Positions 9,482-19,438 of a DNA stretch of 64,000 nucleotides are shown here, in pieces. The notes beneath the pieces are model-generated. The model ran no database searches. It worked only from the letters and a program-made list of their open reading frames with translations, and was not told where the DNA came from. A program made the translations under genes and the position numbers. Positions within the stretch are counted from its first letter, which is position 1. The number at the start of each line of letters is the position of its first letter. Origin of the DNA: a virus (Duplodnaviria > Caudoviricetes); the IMG/VR virus record IMGVR_UViG_3300028591_000070, positions 256,001-320,000 of that record; one strand, 5' to 3'.

Positions 9482-10751
9482 TGCTATCTTTTGTAGTAAT
9501 ATCACAATATTTCATTTGCGCTCTAAAACATTTATAAGATAAAAATAAATTATTGGTTGAAATAAGTGGTACTCCCATAAATACACAAATTTTACAAGTT
9601 TTTAGTTCATCAGCATATTTTACCATTTCTTTAATGTTCTTTATAGTAGCAGGTTTATTTTTTAATACTTTAGGTTCAAACATAAATCTAAATACATTAA
9701 ACTGGTAATCCATTAATTTAGAAGTAAAATCATATCCTTTATATTTTTCTTGTTCAGGTGTGCACTTTCCCAGATTGATACACTCTTGTTTTGCAATAGC
9801 TTGAATAACTTTTCTCTTATGTCTATAATAAAGCATTAGCTTTATAATAATTTTTAAGGTCTCTGTCATAATAACGATGCTTATTAAAATAAGAATGATA
9901 TTAGTTGTATAATACCAAATATTTGAAATTCTATAAATTTCTGAATAAGATGCGGCACTTAAAACTTTATAATAGAAAATATAAGTAACAATAAGATCAA
10001 TACATAATAATAATGCACCAAATACTCCAAATTGTCTTTTCTTAAAAATATCATTGTTTATTTTTAGAATTCCAGATTTATTTTGATTAGCAGTTTTAAT
10101 ATCTCTCCACTCTAAATGATATAAAATTTCACATACAATTAAAAATCCTAAAGTTAAAATTATTCCAACTACAACTAAAAATATTGCACTATGGGCGCAT
10201 GAATTTAAATTTTCCAAAGTAAACTTTGTTCTATTTATGTCTACAACTCTAACGGCTTTCTTAATTTCTTGTAAAATTTCATTAGTTTGAATAAGACTTG
10301 CATCATATTTATTTTCAGCTAAATAATAAATTTGTATACCTAAAATAGAGACGCCTACGGAAATAATTGAAATAACTAAAAATAAGATTTCAAAAAATCT
10401 TCCATAGCAATATGAAAACTTCTTATAATTTTTTATTCCAGACTCTAATGCAAATTGGAAATGACTAGAATAATTATTTGGAAGGATCTTTATAGCTATA
10501 AATAAAGCTGTTGCAATTTTAAGTGGTACTAATATTTTATTACAAAAATCAATATCAAAATGATTTCTACAAAACCAAATGCTTGCTGCAAAAAATAAAA
10601 CTACCATATTTTTAGATAAAATAAACATTTGTGTCTTAATAGATTTATCAATATAGCTTAATCCTGGGTTATCAGATTTATAGCACCTAAAATCATTTAA
10701 GATAAATGGTAAAAATCCAAAAGCTAAAACTAATATAAGAGCATATTCCAT
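9468..10751 (-). CDS. multi-pass membrane protein
   Basis: 427 aa, about 7 hydrophobic segments, GGAGG SD. Confidence 0.7.
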   Translation of the reverse strand: MEYALILVLAFGFLPFILNDFRCYKSDNPGLSYIDKSIKTQMFILSKNMVVLFFAASIWFCRNHFDIDFCNKILVPLKIATALFIAIKILPNNYSSHFQFALESGIKNYKKFSYCYGRFFEILFLVISIISVGVSILGIQIYYLAENKYDASLIQTNEILQEIKKAVRVVDINRTKFTLENLNSCAHSAIFLVVVGIILTLGFLIVCEILYHLEWRDIKTANQNKSGILKINNDIFKKRQFGVFGALLLCIDLIVTYIFYYKVLSAASYSEIYRISNIWYYTTNIILILISIVIMTETLKIIIKLMLYYRHKRKVIQAIAKQECINLGKCTPEQEKYKGYDFTSKLMDYQFNVFRFMFEPKVLKNKPATIKNIKEMVKYADELKTCKICVFMGVPLISTNNLFLSYKCFRAQMKYCDITTKDSIKNC

Positions 10752-10752
10752 A

Positions 10753-11616
10753 TTATTTATCCTCCTTAGTTTTAATAGTTACATTAATTGCAGTTTTATA
10801 TCCTTTTGTAATTCCTACAAATAAAATCTGTAAAAGGATATAAGATATGGCTTTTACAATTGTAATTGATGCTAAAGAATCAACATAAAATATTATTAAA
10901 AGAGTTAAACCATCACATAATAAAATATTGTACAATAACTCTATGTTTTCTTGTTTGCTAATAGTTACCAGCTCTCTAATCTTTGTGTTCCCAAATAAAA
11001 GTTTTCTTAAGCTTTCTTTTTTCTTAGATTGAAGTTTATGTAAGAAAACGCATAAAAGAACAAAACAGAATGTTGCCACAATACAGAAACTTGAAACACT
11101 ACCAATAGTTGTTCCAATAGGTCTAGAATGTTTTGTTGCTCCTATGTAAATAGCACATAATAAAATGCTTAATAATGACTCTAATAAGCAATAATTATTT
11201 TTTAATAAACTCATAAAATTATTGCTATTACGAATATAGTATAATAAAATGGCAATAGCAATTAAAGATGCACTTAATATAGCCATGATTTGAATACTCA
11301 ATTCTGAATATGAAACCAACTCAATATTTATTGGAATACCACAATAAGCATAAAGAGCTAATATTAGATAAAAACTATTTAAGACTAAAAGTGAACAGAT
11401 TATTAAAAAATATGAAGCGATCATTAAGCTGACATGCCGATAAGAATATAAGATTGGTTGATTATCTCTGATTTGAAATAATTTTTTAATTAAAAAACAA
11501 ACATTATCCTTAAAAGACATTTTAAGAACGCTTAAATGAACTAGTACTGAGATTGCAAAAGTTGCTATTAAATATATCAATTCAGTACTAGCTAGATTAG
11601 CAAAACTACTTATCAC
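10753..11616 (-). CDS. multi-pass membrane protein
   Basis: 287 aa, about 7 hydrophobic segments; GTG start with GGAGG SD. Confidence 0.7.
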   Translation of the reverse strand: MISSFANLASTELIYLIATFAISVLVHLSVLKMSFKDNVCFLIKKLFQIRDNQPILYSYRHVSLMIASYFLIICSLLVLNSFYLILALYAYCGIPINIELVSYSELSIQIMAILSASLIAIAILLYYIRNSNNFMSLLKNNYCLLESLLSILLCAIYIGATKHSRPIGTTIGSVSSFCIVATFCFVLLCVFLHKLQSKKKESLRKLLFGNTKIRELVTISKQENIELLYNILLCDGLTLLIIFYVDSLASITIVKAISYILLQILFVGITKGYKTAINVTIKTKEDK

Positions 11617-12415
11617 TCTGGCTTTCCTCCAATTTTGAGAGGAACGCCGAAATTGTGTTGTTTAAGTCATTGTCGAACTGCTTATCTTTAAGTTTGAATT
11701 CAGGAATTAAACGTGTTAGAATATCACCAACTTTAAGCTTGGCTTGTTCCTCAATAATTGTATTGATGGTTTTTGTATCAACCATATCGCGGCATGGGTC
11801 GTCGCGGCCTACAAAAACATTCATATAGATTTCTTTTATCTCAGAGATGATCATATCTTTCTTCTGAGCTTTTTCTGAGTCTGAAGCATTTTCGTCTTCT
11901 AATTCAATAATATCTTTAACACCGTTTGTAATCTTTGTGATAACATCTTTCTCAAATGATGCTAATTCCATAAGGTTTTTAAGATATTTAAGAGAGTCTG
12001 GCTGCAATAAAAAATCTTTATCATCACCTTTATAGTCGTCATTTAATGATGTCTCATAACAACCTTGAATTGCTTTAATATAATCTTCTAGACGATCTTT
12101 TGTTTTATCTGTGAGTTCTTGGAAGTGATTTTGTGCGTCATTAATAATTTCATAAGAGAACTCTAAGATTGAAGTTTTAAGGTCATCATCCAAATGAATC
12201 GGTTTTGATTCTTTATTTTTCTTTTCTTTATTTTTCCAAAAATTACCACCAAATGTACCCCATTTAGTTTTAATTTCAAGCCCAAATAAAGGAAGAATAA
12301 ATTTATTTAAAATACCAATAACCACAGCTGCGGCCAAAATAATGAGAATAATCTTTCCACCAGCTGTGCTTAAAAGGTCGATTAAATTTTTTGTGAGAGC
12401 AACTTTATCTTCCAT
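11606..12415 (-). CDS. membrane-anchored protein (N-terminal TM helix, soluble helical domain)
   Basis: IILIILAAAVVIGIL followed by basic patch. Confidence 0.7.
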   Translation of the reverse strand: MEDKVALTKNLIDLLSTAGGKIILIILAAAVVIGILNKFILPLFGLEIKTKWGTFGGNFWKNKEKKNKESKPIHLDDDLKTSILEFSYEIINDAQNHFQELTDKTKDRLEDYIKAIQGCYETSLNDDYKGDDKDFLLQPDSLKYLKNLMELASFEKDVITKITNGVKDIIELEDENASDSEKAQKKDMIISEIKEIYMNVFVGRDDPCRDMVDTKTINTIIEEQAKLKVGDILTRLIPEFKLKDKQFDNDLNNTISAFLSKLEESQSDK

Positions 12416-12423
12416 AATATAAG

Positions 12424-12933
12424 TTAGTTGATGATTTTGTCTAACTCTATTATGTAATTATCGAAGTTGAGATTAGTTCTATTCATTGTCTTCCAATACT
12501 CAATAATAAGTTTAATATCTTCACGGCAGAGAATAAGATAGTTATCTCTTTGGCTTTTTACTTTATCTTCTTCTTGAGTTAAAGCTTCTAGTTTTGCAGC
12601 ATCTTGTTTAACCTCTTCCATATTATATGACTGAGGCTGTGTATAAATACCAGGTAATTGTCCAGATCCTACACCTTTTCCACTAAGGTTATTTGATTTA
12701 TATTTACTCTGAATATCCAATGCTTCTGTAGTAATGTTTAGATAATCAACCATGCATTCTTTATACAAAGCAATATTATTATTCAAATCTTGAATGGCGG
12801 CCATCAATTTAGCGATAGCAGCAACACTTTGATTTGTAAGTGAGTTTATATTATCTGTATCTCTTTTAGAAAGATTTTGTGGATTATATTCTTCTAATTT
12901 TTCCATAGTAATCTCCTTAGTTATGATATCCAA
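12424..12933 (-). CDS. coiled-coil hypothetical protein
   Basis: 169 aa ORF (SD-supported start may be MEKLEE, 27 nt downstream). Confidence 0.7.
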   Translation of the reverse strand: MDIITKEITMEKLEEYNPQNLSKRDTDNINSLTNQSVAAIAKLMAAIQDLNNNIALYKECMVDYLNITTEALDIQSKYKSNNLSGKGVGSGQLPGIYTQPQSYNMEEVKQDAAKLEALTQEEDKVKSQRDNYLILCREDIKLIIEYWKTMNRTNLNFDNYIIELDKIIN

Positions 12934-14110
12934 ATGTGTGCATATTTGTTACTTCATAAACAATGCCATTTTCCCAGATTTCTTCCTTAAATACAGGGGT
13001 ATCATGGAATTTTGTTACAGAAACAAAGTAATGCGTAAGAGTTCTTTCTAATTCCGCACTTTCTTCAGGTGTATTAGCTATAGGCCATTTGTTAGAAAGA
13101 TAATGTTTTTCAAGCATTGTAATCTTTACAGGCTTTTCAACGTGTATTGTTGACTCAATTCTAGCATAGTTATTGTGGAAATAATCAATTGCTGAGAATA
13201 AGAAATTGTCTGCATCAAGTCTACTAGCAAATGAGAATGTTACAGAGTTTGTATCAACTGAAACTTTTCTACCAGTTGCTGAAGTCTTAAACTCAATAGG
13301 TTCATGAGACTCATCAAAAGTAAGACCATTAACATCATCACTTGTAGGCCATTTAATTTCATCAAATCCAGGATTTTTAAGAATGTTAACCAAGTCAAAT
13401 TCTCTTGAAATGTCAACTCTCTTATGAGGTGCTTGAACTTTAATCAATTCTGGAGCAGCAGTTTCTTGATATTCGTCATCAATAATATGCTTATGTTCTG
13501 CAGCTTCTTCATTACCCCAGCATAAAGCAACATCATATTTAATAAGATGGTCTAAATCATGTAATCTTGTTCTGTGGGTTTTAGCATACTCAAAAATGGT
13601 CATTAATTTCTCTAATGTTTCTCTTAAATCTGAATATTGATCTTCAAGTTTTGTAAGCTTAAATTCTACCCATTCTGGAGCTTTTCTTCCTTCAGCAGAA
13701 TTATAAGCAGTATAAAGTTCACCATAGTCTTCTTTAGGACTCTTAAACTCTTTTAATATACCTCTATTAATTAAAACTCTAACATATTGTTCACGAGCAT
13801 TTATAAACCAGTGAGTTGAACTAGCAATCTTCCAAGGACCACTTTCACGTAATTTACCATATTTATAAAACCATTGTCTTTCTTCTTCAGTTAGAGTATG
13901 GATATTTTCTCCAGCTTGAATTTGTTCTTTTGGAGCATCTAATAACCAAATTTGTTCAAGAGTTGTAATATAATAATTTCCATGGTCGATCTCAGCATTA
14001 AAATTAAGGTCATTTAGTCTTTGAACAACATCTCTGAGGTCACGGTTCCAGTTAAAAGTATTATCTTTTAATTCTTGTATTTTAGAAAGAATATCATCAA
14101 TCTTAGCCAT
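12917..14110 (-). CDS. hypothetical protein (late-type promoter, possibly virion)
   Basis: 397 aa; ACTAAT motif 6 nt before ATG. Confidence 0.75.
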   Translation of the reverse strand: MAKIDDILSKIQELKDNTFNWNRDLRDVVQRLNDLNFNAEIDHGNYYITTLEQIWLLDAPKEQIQAGENIHTLTEEERQWFYKYGKLRESGPWKIASSTHWFINAREQYVRVLINRGILKEFKSPKEDYGELYTAYNSAEGRKAPEWVEFKLTKLEDQYSDLRETLEKLMTIFEYAKTHRTRLHDLDHLIKYDVALCWGNEEAAEHKHIIDDEYQETAAPELIKVQAPHKRVDISREFDLVNILKNPGFDEIKWPTSDDVNGLTFDESHEPIEFKTSATGRKVSVDTNSVTFSFASRLDADNFLFSAIDYFHNNYARIESTIHVEKPVKITMLEKHYLSNKWPIANTPEESAELERTLTHYFVSVTKFHDTPVFKEEIWENGIVYEVTNMHTFGYHN

Positions 14111-14116
14111 ATTTTA

Positions 14117-14172
14117 ATTAGTTATCTATGAATATTTTTTGACAGTAGAGGTATATTCTTTATATAGTGAGG
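14117..14172. promoter_or_regulatory. divergent class III (-, ACTAAT) and class I (+, GTATATTCT) promoters
   Basis: ATTAGT 14117-14122; GTATATTCTTTATATAGTGAGG 14151-14172. Confidence 0.65.
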
Positions 14173-14181
14173 TAATAACTT

Positions 14182-14433
14182 ATGCAAATTTTTAAGTCAA
14201 AGCTTTATCTTCCAGATGAAAGAGAGCCAGCTGGAAATGCTTATTGTATTCTTGGATTTATTGATGAGGTAATGAGCAAAGCTTATGAAGCTACCCATGA
14301 GGATGAACGTTTTAATAAAGAAGCTCGCACTGCTTATCAGAAAGATGCAACCTCTGGAGATTATGACCATCTTCGTAATGTTTCTCAGAAAATTCTAAAC
14401 TTAGTAAATGACTATGATGGAGTTATTCTTTAA
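14182..14433 (+). CDS. small early hypothetical protein
   Basis: GNAYCILG...ATSGDYDHL pattern of a common phage small-protein family. Confidence 0.75.
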   Translation: MQIFKSKLYLPDEREPAGNAYCILGFIDEVMSKAYEATHEDERFNKEARTAYQKDATSGDYDHLRNVSQKILNLVNDYDGVIL

Positions 14434-14918
14434 TGGAGCGCTTTAATAATTATGCAGATCATATGAGTAAAAATTGGGGATTTAACTCAACCGAAATTTT
14501 TGATGTTCTAAATATGTGTCCGCAATTAAAGCCTGAATCTAATATGGTCGTTCAAGTTGGAGATCATGGTCCCGTAGTTACTTTTGATATTGTTCATAGA
14601 GTTGTTTTGAATGATGACTGGTATGGAAAAGATAATGCTCAAATTGATAGAGATAGTTTTCATGGGCCAAAATTACCAAAACTTACTTATGGTGAATTTC
14701 TTGAAATTTTAACTGAAAATTCAGATAAACATTTTACTATTGCTGATATGTCTGGTATTGCTGAAATTGCTATTTGTGAAAACTTTGAAGAACTTAAAAA
14801 ATATGTAAAAGCTTATGAATATTATGATGTCTGCGAAAAAGATTTGAAAAAAGCAAACTTAACTTATCCAGTTATTGTATTTAATGACTCTAGCTATAAT
14901 GATGCTTTCAAGGAGTAA
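14433..14918 (+). CDS. hypothetical protein
   Basis: coupled ORF in early cluster. Confidence 0.75.
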   Translation: MERFNNYADHMSKNWGFNSTEIFDVLNMCPQLKPESNMVVQVGDHGPVVTFDIVHRVVLNDDWYGKDNAQIDRDSFHGPKLPKLTYGEFLEILTENSDKHFTIADMSGIAEIAICENFEELKKYVKAYEYYDVCEKDLKKANLTYPVIVFNDSSYNDAFKE

Positions 14919-14923
14919 ACAAA

Positions 14924-15442
14924 ATGACTGAGACAAAATATATCCCATTTTCTGAATTAAAAGTTGGTATGGAAATCCATGGTTATAAAAAAGGATGCTC
15001 AGAAAGTTTTTGCCGCCAAGAAGTAAAATCAATTAAAAAGAATTCTGTAACTTTAAGCTGGGGAGAAACTCTGGAAAATGCTTCTGATTATATGTTTTCA
15101 ATTGAATTAACTGATGAAGAATTGGAAGAAAAATATAAAGATGCTATTCAGGAAATAAAAGAAGCTCTAAACCATGATTTGGGTCAAGTGGATGGCTATC
15201 ATGAAATGAATAATACTTGGCTTTATGCAGGTGATTTAGCTGAAATAGCCTCATCATTAAATGAACATAATTTAAGAATTATAGGTTATGCAACCTTATC
15301 TGTTCCAAAGCATTCAATGCTTGGCAATTTATTAGATATCGGAGTCGTAGCTGAATATAATGATGGTGAACGAATATGGTGTCACTGCTCTAATAAACAT
15401 AGAAAATTTCTTTTGGAAGGTAAAATAGAAGATGATGACTGA
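14924..15442 (+). CDS. hypothetical protein
   Basis: ORF with AGGAG SD. Confidence 0.75.
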   Translation: MTETKYIPFSELKVGMEIHGYKKGCSESFCRQEVKSIKKNSVTLSWGETLENASDYMFSIELTDEELEEKYKDAIQEIKEALNHDLGQVDGYHEMNNTWLYAGDLAEIASSLNEHNLRIIGYATLSVPKHSMLGNLLDIGVVAEYNDGERIWCHCSNKHRKFLLEGKIEDDD

Positions 15443-15827
15443 AGAAGAACTTAGAAAAGAAGCAACCTCAACTATCGAATGGGAAAATATACCAATGATC
15501 GACCGACCTTTATTTGTTCATGGGTATATAACAAGCGCGAAGCCAAGAGAAAAGTGTATAGAAGAGCAAAAAGTAAAAATTGCGGAACTTGAACTAAAGA
15601 TAAAATATCTCACCGAGCATCTGGAACCACAGACTGCATCCGCATTATTTGAACAAGTTGAAGAAGAAGTTGAGCGAGAGCAGAAACTCAAAGAATTCGA
15701 AGAACAAATTGAAAAAATGAGGTCTTTATTAAAAGAAATATATGTGGAATATGGTTTTTCTGAGTTGGTAAAAATAAGAAACGACTTGCCCACAGAAATA
15801 CAAGAAGTTATTAATGATGAAAGATAA
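15432..15827 (+). CDS. coiled-coil hypothetical protein (related to 16128..16610)
   Basis: shares AKPREK motif. Confidence 0.7.
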   Translation: MMTEEELRKEATSTIEWENIPMIDRPLFVHGYITSAKPREKCIEEQKVKIAELELKIKYLTEHLEPQTASALFEQVEEEVEREQKLKEFEEQIEKMRSLLKEIYVEYGFSELVKIRNDLPTEIQEVINDER

Positions 15828-16128
15828 GATAAATATTCTTGGCACAGATTATAAGATTATTTTTGAAACAAAAGAAGAAAATGAGCAATTACTAGAATGT
15901 AAAGGGTATGCAGATTTTTCCACAAAAGAAATCCACATAAATAAAGAAACATATGATTGGTATGGGCTTGGTTGGAAAACACTAAAACATGAAATTGTGC
16001 ATTGTTTTATTTTTGAGAGTGGATTATGGAATAATTGCTCTTGGGCAGATAATGAAGAACTAACAGATTGGATTGCAATTCAAACACCAAAATTAGCAAA
16101 ATGCTTTGAAAGTTTGGGAGAAAAATAA
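15814..16128 (+). CDS. small HExxH metallopeptidase-like phage protein
   Basis: LKHEIVH...NEELTDW. Confidence 0.7.
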   Translation: MMKDKINILGTDYKIIFETKEENEQLLECKGYADFSTKEIHINKETYDWYGLGWKTLKHEIVHCFIFESGLWNNCSWADNEELTDWIAIQTPKLAKCFESLGEK

Positions 16129-16610
16129 TGAAAAAACTTGAAAAAGAAGTAGAAGAATGGCTTGATAAGAAATATTTAAAAGATATGGGCGTTAGAAAAC
16201 CTTGTAGAGAAGCCTATCTTGCAGCTGCAAAACCTAGAGAAAAGCAAATTGAAGTTCTTAAAAAAGAAAATGCAGATCTTAAAAAGAAAAATACTGCTCT
16301 AAGACAAGATTGGGACATAATGAAGAGTACCATAACTGATTATGAAAAAGAAAATGAAGAGCTAACAAAAAAGTTAGAGGGCGCAGAAAGAGCAAGAGAT
16401 TATTGGAAAGACAGCTCTTTTGATTGGCGGCATAAATGCACAAGTAGAAAACCTTTTAAAGCAGCAGTAAAAGCACAGAAACAACTCTCTAAAGCAAAAA
16501 CTCTACTAGCGAAATGGGTAGAGCTATATAAGCCAAAATTAGAAGACTTCCCAAAACCACCAATACAGGTTGATACAGAACAATTTTTAAAGGAGACAGA
16601 AAATGAATAA
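16128..16610 (+). CDS. coiled-coil hypothetical protein
   Basis: AKPREK motif, heptads. Confidence 0.7.
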   Translation: MKKLEKEVEEWLDKKYLKDMGVRKPCREAYLAAAKPREKQIEVLKKENADLKKKNTALRQDWDIMKSTITDYEKENEELTKKLEGAERARDYWKDSSFDWRHKCTSRKPFKAAVKAQKQLSKAKTLLAKWVELYKPKLEDFPKPPIQVDTEQFLKETENE

Positions 16611-16836
16611 TAATATTACAAATAAAGAACTCGCAGAATGGCTGGCACATGGCAAAGGTGAATGGAAACATGAACCTTCTAACTCTGGAAAGATTTATGA
16701 TTTCTATTATTTTAACCCAAACGATGCAGACAAACAGATAACAATAAATGAAGAAAATCAAAAAATCGTTGTAAGAAAATATGGCGATAATGAATGGCAT
16801 AGTCCAACTTATGATTATTGCGAGATTGAGAAATGA
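16603..16836 (+). CDS. hypothetical protein
   Basis: coupled ORF, AGGAG SD. Confidence 0.7.
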   Translation: MNNNITNKELAEWLAHGKGEWKHEPSNSGKIYDFYYFNPNDADKQITINEENQKIVVRKYGDNEWHSPTYDYCEIEK

Positions 16837-17039
16837 TTATATTTGAAAAATGGTGGCATAAAAATAATAAAGTTATTAATCTTCAATATTGTAAAGAATG
16901 GAAAAAACCAATGTATAAAATATATACCAATGGTGGAAAAAGAAAGAATGGTGATAACTGTTTTGACTTTCATATTCATTTTGGAAGATTTTCTTTCTCC
17001 TATACAAATTATGATTTACAGAGAAAGGTGGGAAAATGA
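16833..17039 (+). CDS. hypothetical protein
   Basis: ATGA-coupled ORF. Confidence 0.6.
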   Translation: MIIFEKWWHKNNKVINLQYCKEWKKPMYKIYTNGGKRKNGDNCFDFHIHFGRFSFSYTNYDLQRKVGK

Positions 17040-17242
17040 ATAATGTAATTATACATTGCCCAGATGGAGATGAATGTATTACAAATGCCTATGAATATTA
17101 TGCAGAAAATAATCGACTTAAATTCCGTAGTCTAGTTACTGGTAATTGGATAGCTGTTGATGATGTTGATATTGCTATAGAAATTACTGGCTTTCTCGTA
17201 GAAATAACTTGTACATATAGGCATAATTTGAATTTCTCTTAA
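17036..17242 (+). CDS. hypothetical protein
   Basis: ATGA-coupled ORF. Confidence 0.6.
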   Translation: MNNVIIHCPDGDECITNAYEYYAENNRLKFRSLVTGNWIAVDDVDIAIEITGFLVEITCTYRHNLNFS

Positions 17243-17268
17243 GTTTGTAGTATATTCTATATAAGAGG
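17228..17268 (+). promoter_or_regulatory. class I promoter plus SD
   Basis: TTGAAT-17-TATATT-CTATATAAGAGG. Confidence 0.8.
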
Positions 17269-17276
17269 TAAATAAT

Positions 17277-17609
17277 ATGCGTTTAGAAGTTAATTCACAG
17301 GTAGAAGTTATTAAGATTTTTAAGGAAAAGCTCTCAAGCAATAAAGCTTGGGCACTTCGCGGACTGAAGGTTATCTATGATAATCAGACAGCTGATGAAA
17401 AGCGCGATGCTTCTACAAAGCATTATAACAAGATTGGTTTTACTGGTTCTGATGCTGAAATTCTTACTTCATTTGCTCAGCAGTATGAACGTAAAGGAGA
17501 CCTTTCTGACAAGCAGATGGCACTTCTTTACAAGAAAATGCCAAAATATGCTGGACAGCTGCTCAAAATGAGTGGCCTTAAGAAAGTAAACCACGGCTTT
17601 GAAAAATAA
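17277..17609 (+). CDS. conserved phage hypothetical protein
   Basis: QTADEK..NKIGF..DA..LTSFA..LSDKQ..KYAGQL; own promoter and terminator. Confidence 0.8.
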   Translation: MRLEVNSQVEVIKIFKEKLSSNKAWALRGLKVIYDNQTADEKRDASTKHYNKIGFTGSDAEILTSFAQQYERKGDLSDKQMALLYKKMPKYAGQLLKMSGLKKVNHGFEK

Positions 17610-17632
17610 GTCATAGTTGTACCCTCCCACTT

Positions 17633-17662
17633 GGACCTTCTGTGAAAGGAAGGTCCTTTTTT
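17633..17662 (+). terminator. intrinsic terminator
   Basis: GGACCTTC...GAAGGTCCTTTTTT. Confidence 0.8.
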
Positions 17663-17677
17663 GTTTTAAAAACTCAT

Positions 17678-17817
17678 GAAACTGGTCACTGTTAAATTAT
17701 ATTTAAAGATGACCACTTTCCAGACTTTTTTCGCTTCGCTCAAAAATCCTGTAAACTGGTACTGTGACCACGGCACCGCCTTAGGTCTGCTAATAAGTGG
17801 ATATAAATCAAAAAAGA
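17678..17817. repeat. intergenic hairpin element, copy 1
   Basis: 46 bp at 17684-17729 identical to 41558-41603, followed by CGCT(T/G)CGCTCAAA and GTGGATATAAAT in both copies. Confidence 0.9.
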
Positions 17818-17832
17818 CCTTAAATCTATTCT

Positions 17833-17841
17833 GTTAATATT
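17833..17841 (+). promoter_or_regulatory. class II promoter motif GTTAATATT
   Basis: recurrent intergenic motif, upstream of recA. Confidence 0.55.
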
Positions 17842-17884
17842 TTTATATTATGATTAAAAATTTAATATCAATGGAGGATAAGTA

Positions 17885-19036
17885 GTGTCTAGTGCTTTTG
17901 ACAAGTTAATTAAGAAAGTGGCCGATAAAAATCCTATGGCAGTATCATGCGATGGTACTATTAAATGGTGTCCTATAGAGTCGCCTCAGGCAACCTATAT
18001 GATGGGTGGTGGAGTTCCAACAGCTCGTATTATTCGTTTCAGAGGACCTTCATCTTCTGGTAAATCTGCATTTTGTAATTATTTAGCAGGTCAGCTTCAG
18101 AAAGGTTGTCCAGAACTTTATGACAATCCAAATAAAAATAAAGTTTTATATCTTGACTTTGAGCGTACATTTGAAAAGAGATTTGCAACTTCAGTAGGTG
18201 TTGATACAAGTCCAGATAAGTTTTTCCAGTTGACATTTGATACAATTGAAGATATGTCAGATGGTATTGAAGATCTTGTAAAATCTGGAGAAGTTGCGGC
18301 AATTATTTTAGACTCAGATGCGGCAGCACCAACTCGTACTACAATTACAGACCCAGCTGGTAAGGCATCTTTTGGTTCACGCGCTAAAGCTCTTACAGAG
18401 TTCTGTAATAAATACAATATTCTTTGTGCAAATTATGGTACAACTATTCTTTGGATTTCTCAGGAACGTGCAAACCTTAATCCTATGGCACGTCTTCCAA
18501 CTGCAACTGGTGGTGAAGCAATCAATTATTATACATCAATCACATGTCGTATTACTAAAACAGATGATATTAAGGATGCTACAGGTGATGTTTGTGGTAT
18601 TGAGATGCGCGTAAGAAACTACAAAAATAAGTGTTCTGTTCCATTCCGTGATGCTAATATGAAGCTTTACTATGATGGTGGTTTTGACTCTAATTCAGAG
18701 TATATCGACTTCCTTCTTCTTTTAGGAATGGTAAAACAGGCCGGAGCTTATTTTAAGTTTAGCCATGAAGGTCAGGATTATTCTCTTCAGGGACGTAAAA
18801 AACTTCAGGAATGGCTTGATACTCATGCTGATGTTTATGATTCTTGGAAGAAAGAGATTATTGAGAAGATTTCTCATCACAATGAGATTTTGGATGCTAA
18901 TAATCAGGCAACAGATGAAAATGGAAATGAGATTTCTTTGGATGAAGCTAAGAAAATGGGAAATGCTGTTGACCCAGCAGAACTCGCTTCTCAAGCTTTG
19001 GCTGCAGCAACAGCAGATGATGCTGTGACTGATTAA
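17885..19036 (+). CDS. recA: RecA/UvsX-like recombinase
   Basis: GGGVP, Walker A GPSSSGKS, LDFE, ILDS, SQER, GGEAINYY, KNK, AGAYF. Confidence 0.95.
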   Translation: MSSAFDKLIKKVADKNPMAVSCDGTIKWCPIESPQATYMMGGGVPTARIIRFRGPSSSGKSAFCNYLAGQLQKGCPELYDNPNKNKVLYLDFERTFEKRFATSVGVDTSPDKFFQLTFDTIEDMSDGIEDLVKSGEVAAIILDSDAAAPTRTTITDPAGKASFGSRAKALTEFCNKYNILCANYGTTILWISQERANLNPMARLPTATGGEAINYYTSITCRITKTDDIKDATGDVCGIEMRVRNYKNKCSVPFRDANMKLYYDGGFDSNSEYIDFLLLLGMVKQAGAYFKFSHEGQDYSLQGRKKLQEWLDTHADVYDSWKKEIIEKISHHNEILDANNQATDENGNEISLDEAKKMGNAVDPAELASQALAAATADDAVTD

Positions 19037-19045
19037 AACATGGAG

Positions 19046-19073
19046 CCACTCCTTAAATGGAGTGGTTAATATT
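19046..19073 (+). promoter_or_regulatory. hairpin fused to class II promoter motif
   Basis: CCACTCC-TTAAAT-GGAGTGG running into GTTAATATT; ATG at 19079 with no SD. Confidence 0.55.
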
Positions 19074-19078
19074 TTACT

Positions 19079-19438
19079 ATGAGCAATAAACAAATTTTTA
19101 AACTCTCTAAGGAAGAGAAAGAATTTTTACAGAAAGTCTCAAATGTTAGTGGTATTAAGAAACAATCAATCCAGATGGTTTGGTTGTATACTATTTATAC
19201 AATGCTTTTAGAGGCTGCTGAAAATAAAAATGCCAAGTTTACAGAGCTTATCATTCCTTATTTTGCAAAAATCCTGGCAAAATCTACAGAAGATGACTAT
19301 GAGCTCATTATGAATTTAAACTCAGATTTTACTGAGCAACTTAAAAACGTTAAGAATGATGATTTCCTTGATTTAATCAATTTCTTTAAGGAAAATTTCG
19401 TTAAGCAAACAATCAATCAGGTAGTAGTAAACTCATGA
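19079..19438 (+). CDS. hypothetical protein, weakly HU/IHF-like
   Basis: helix-SGIKK-helix then LIIPYFAKI strand pattern. Confidence 0.4.
   Translation: MSNKQIFKLSKEEKEFLQKVSNVSGIKKQSIQMVWLYTIYTMLLEAAENKNAKFTELIIPYFAKILAKSTEDDYELIMNLNSDFTEQLKNVKNDDFLDLINFFKENFVKQTINQVVVNS

Noticed and set aside
17684-17729. CRISPR repeat or dif site for the 46-bp element
   Set aside because: There are only two copies, 24 kb apart, with no spacer array. TGTTAAAT resembles part of a XerD arm but the 11-6-11 dif layout is absent.
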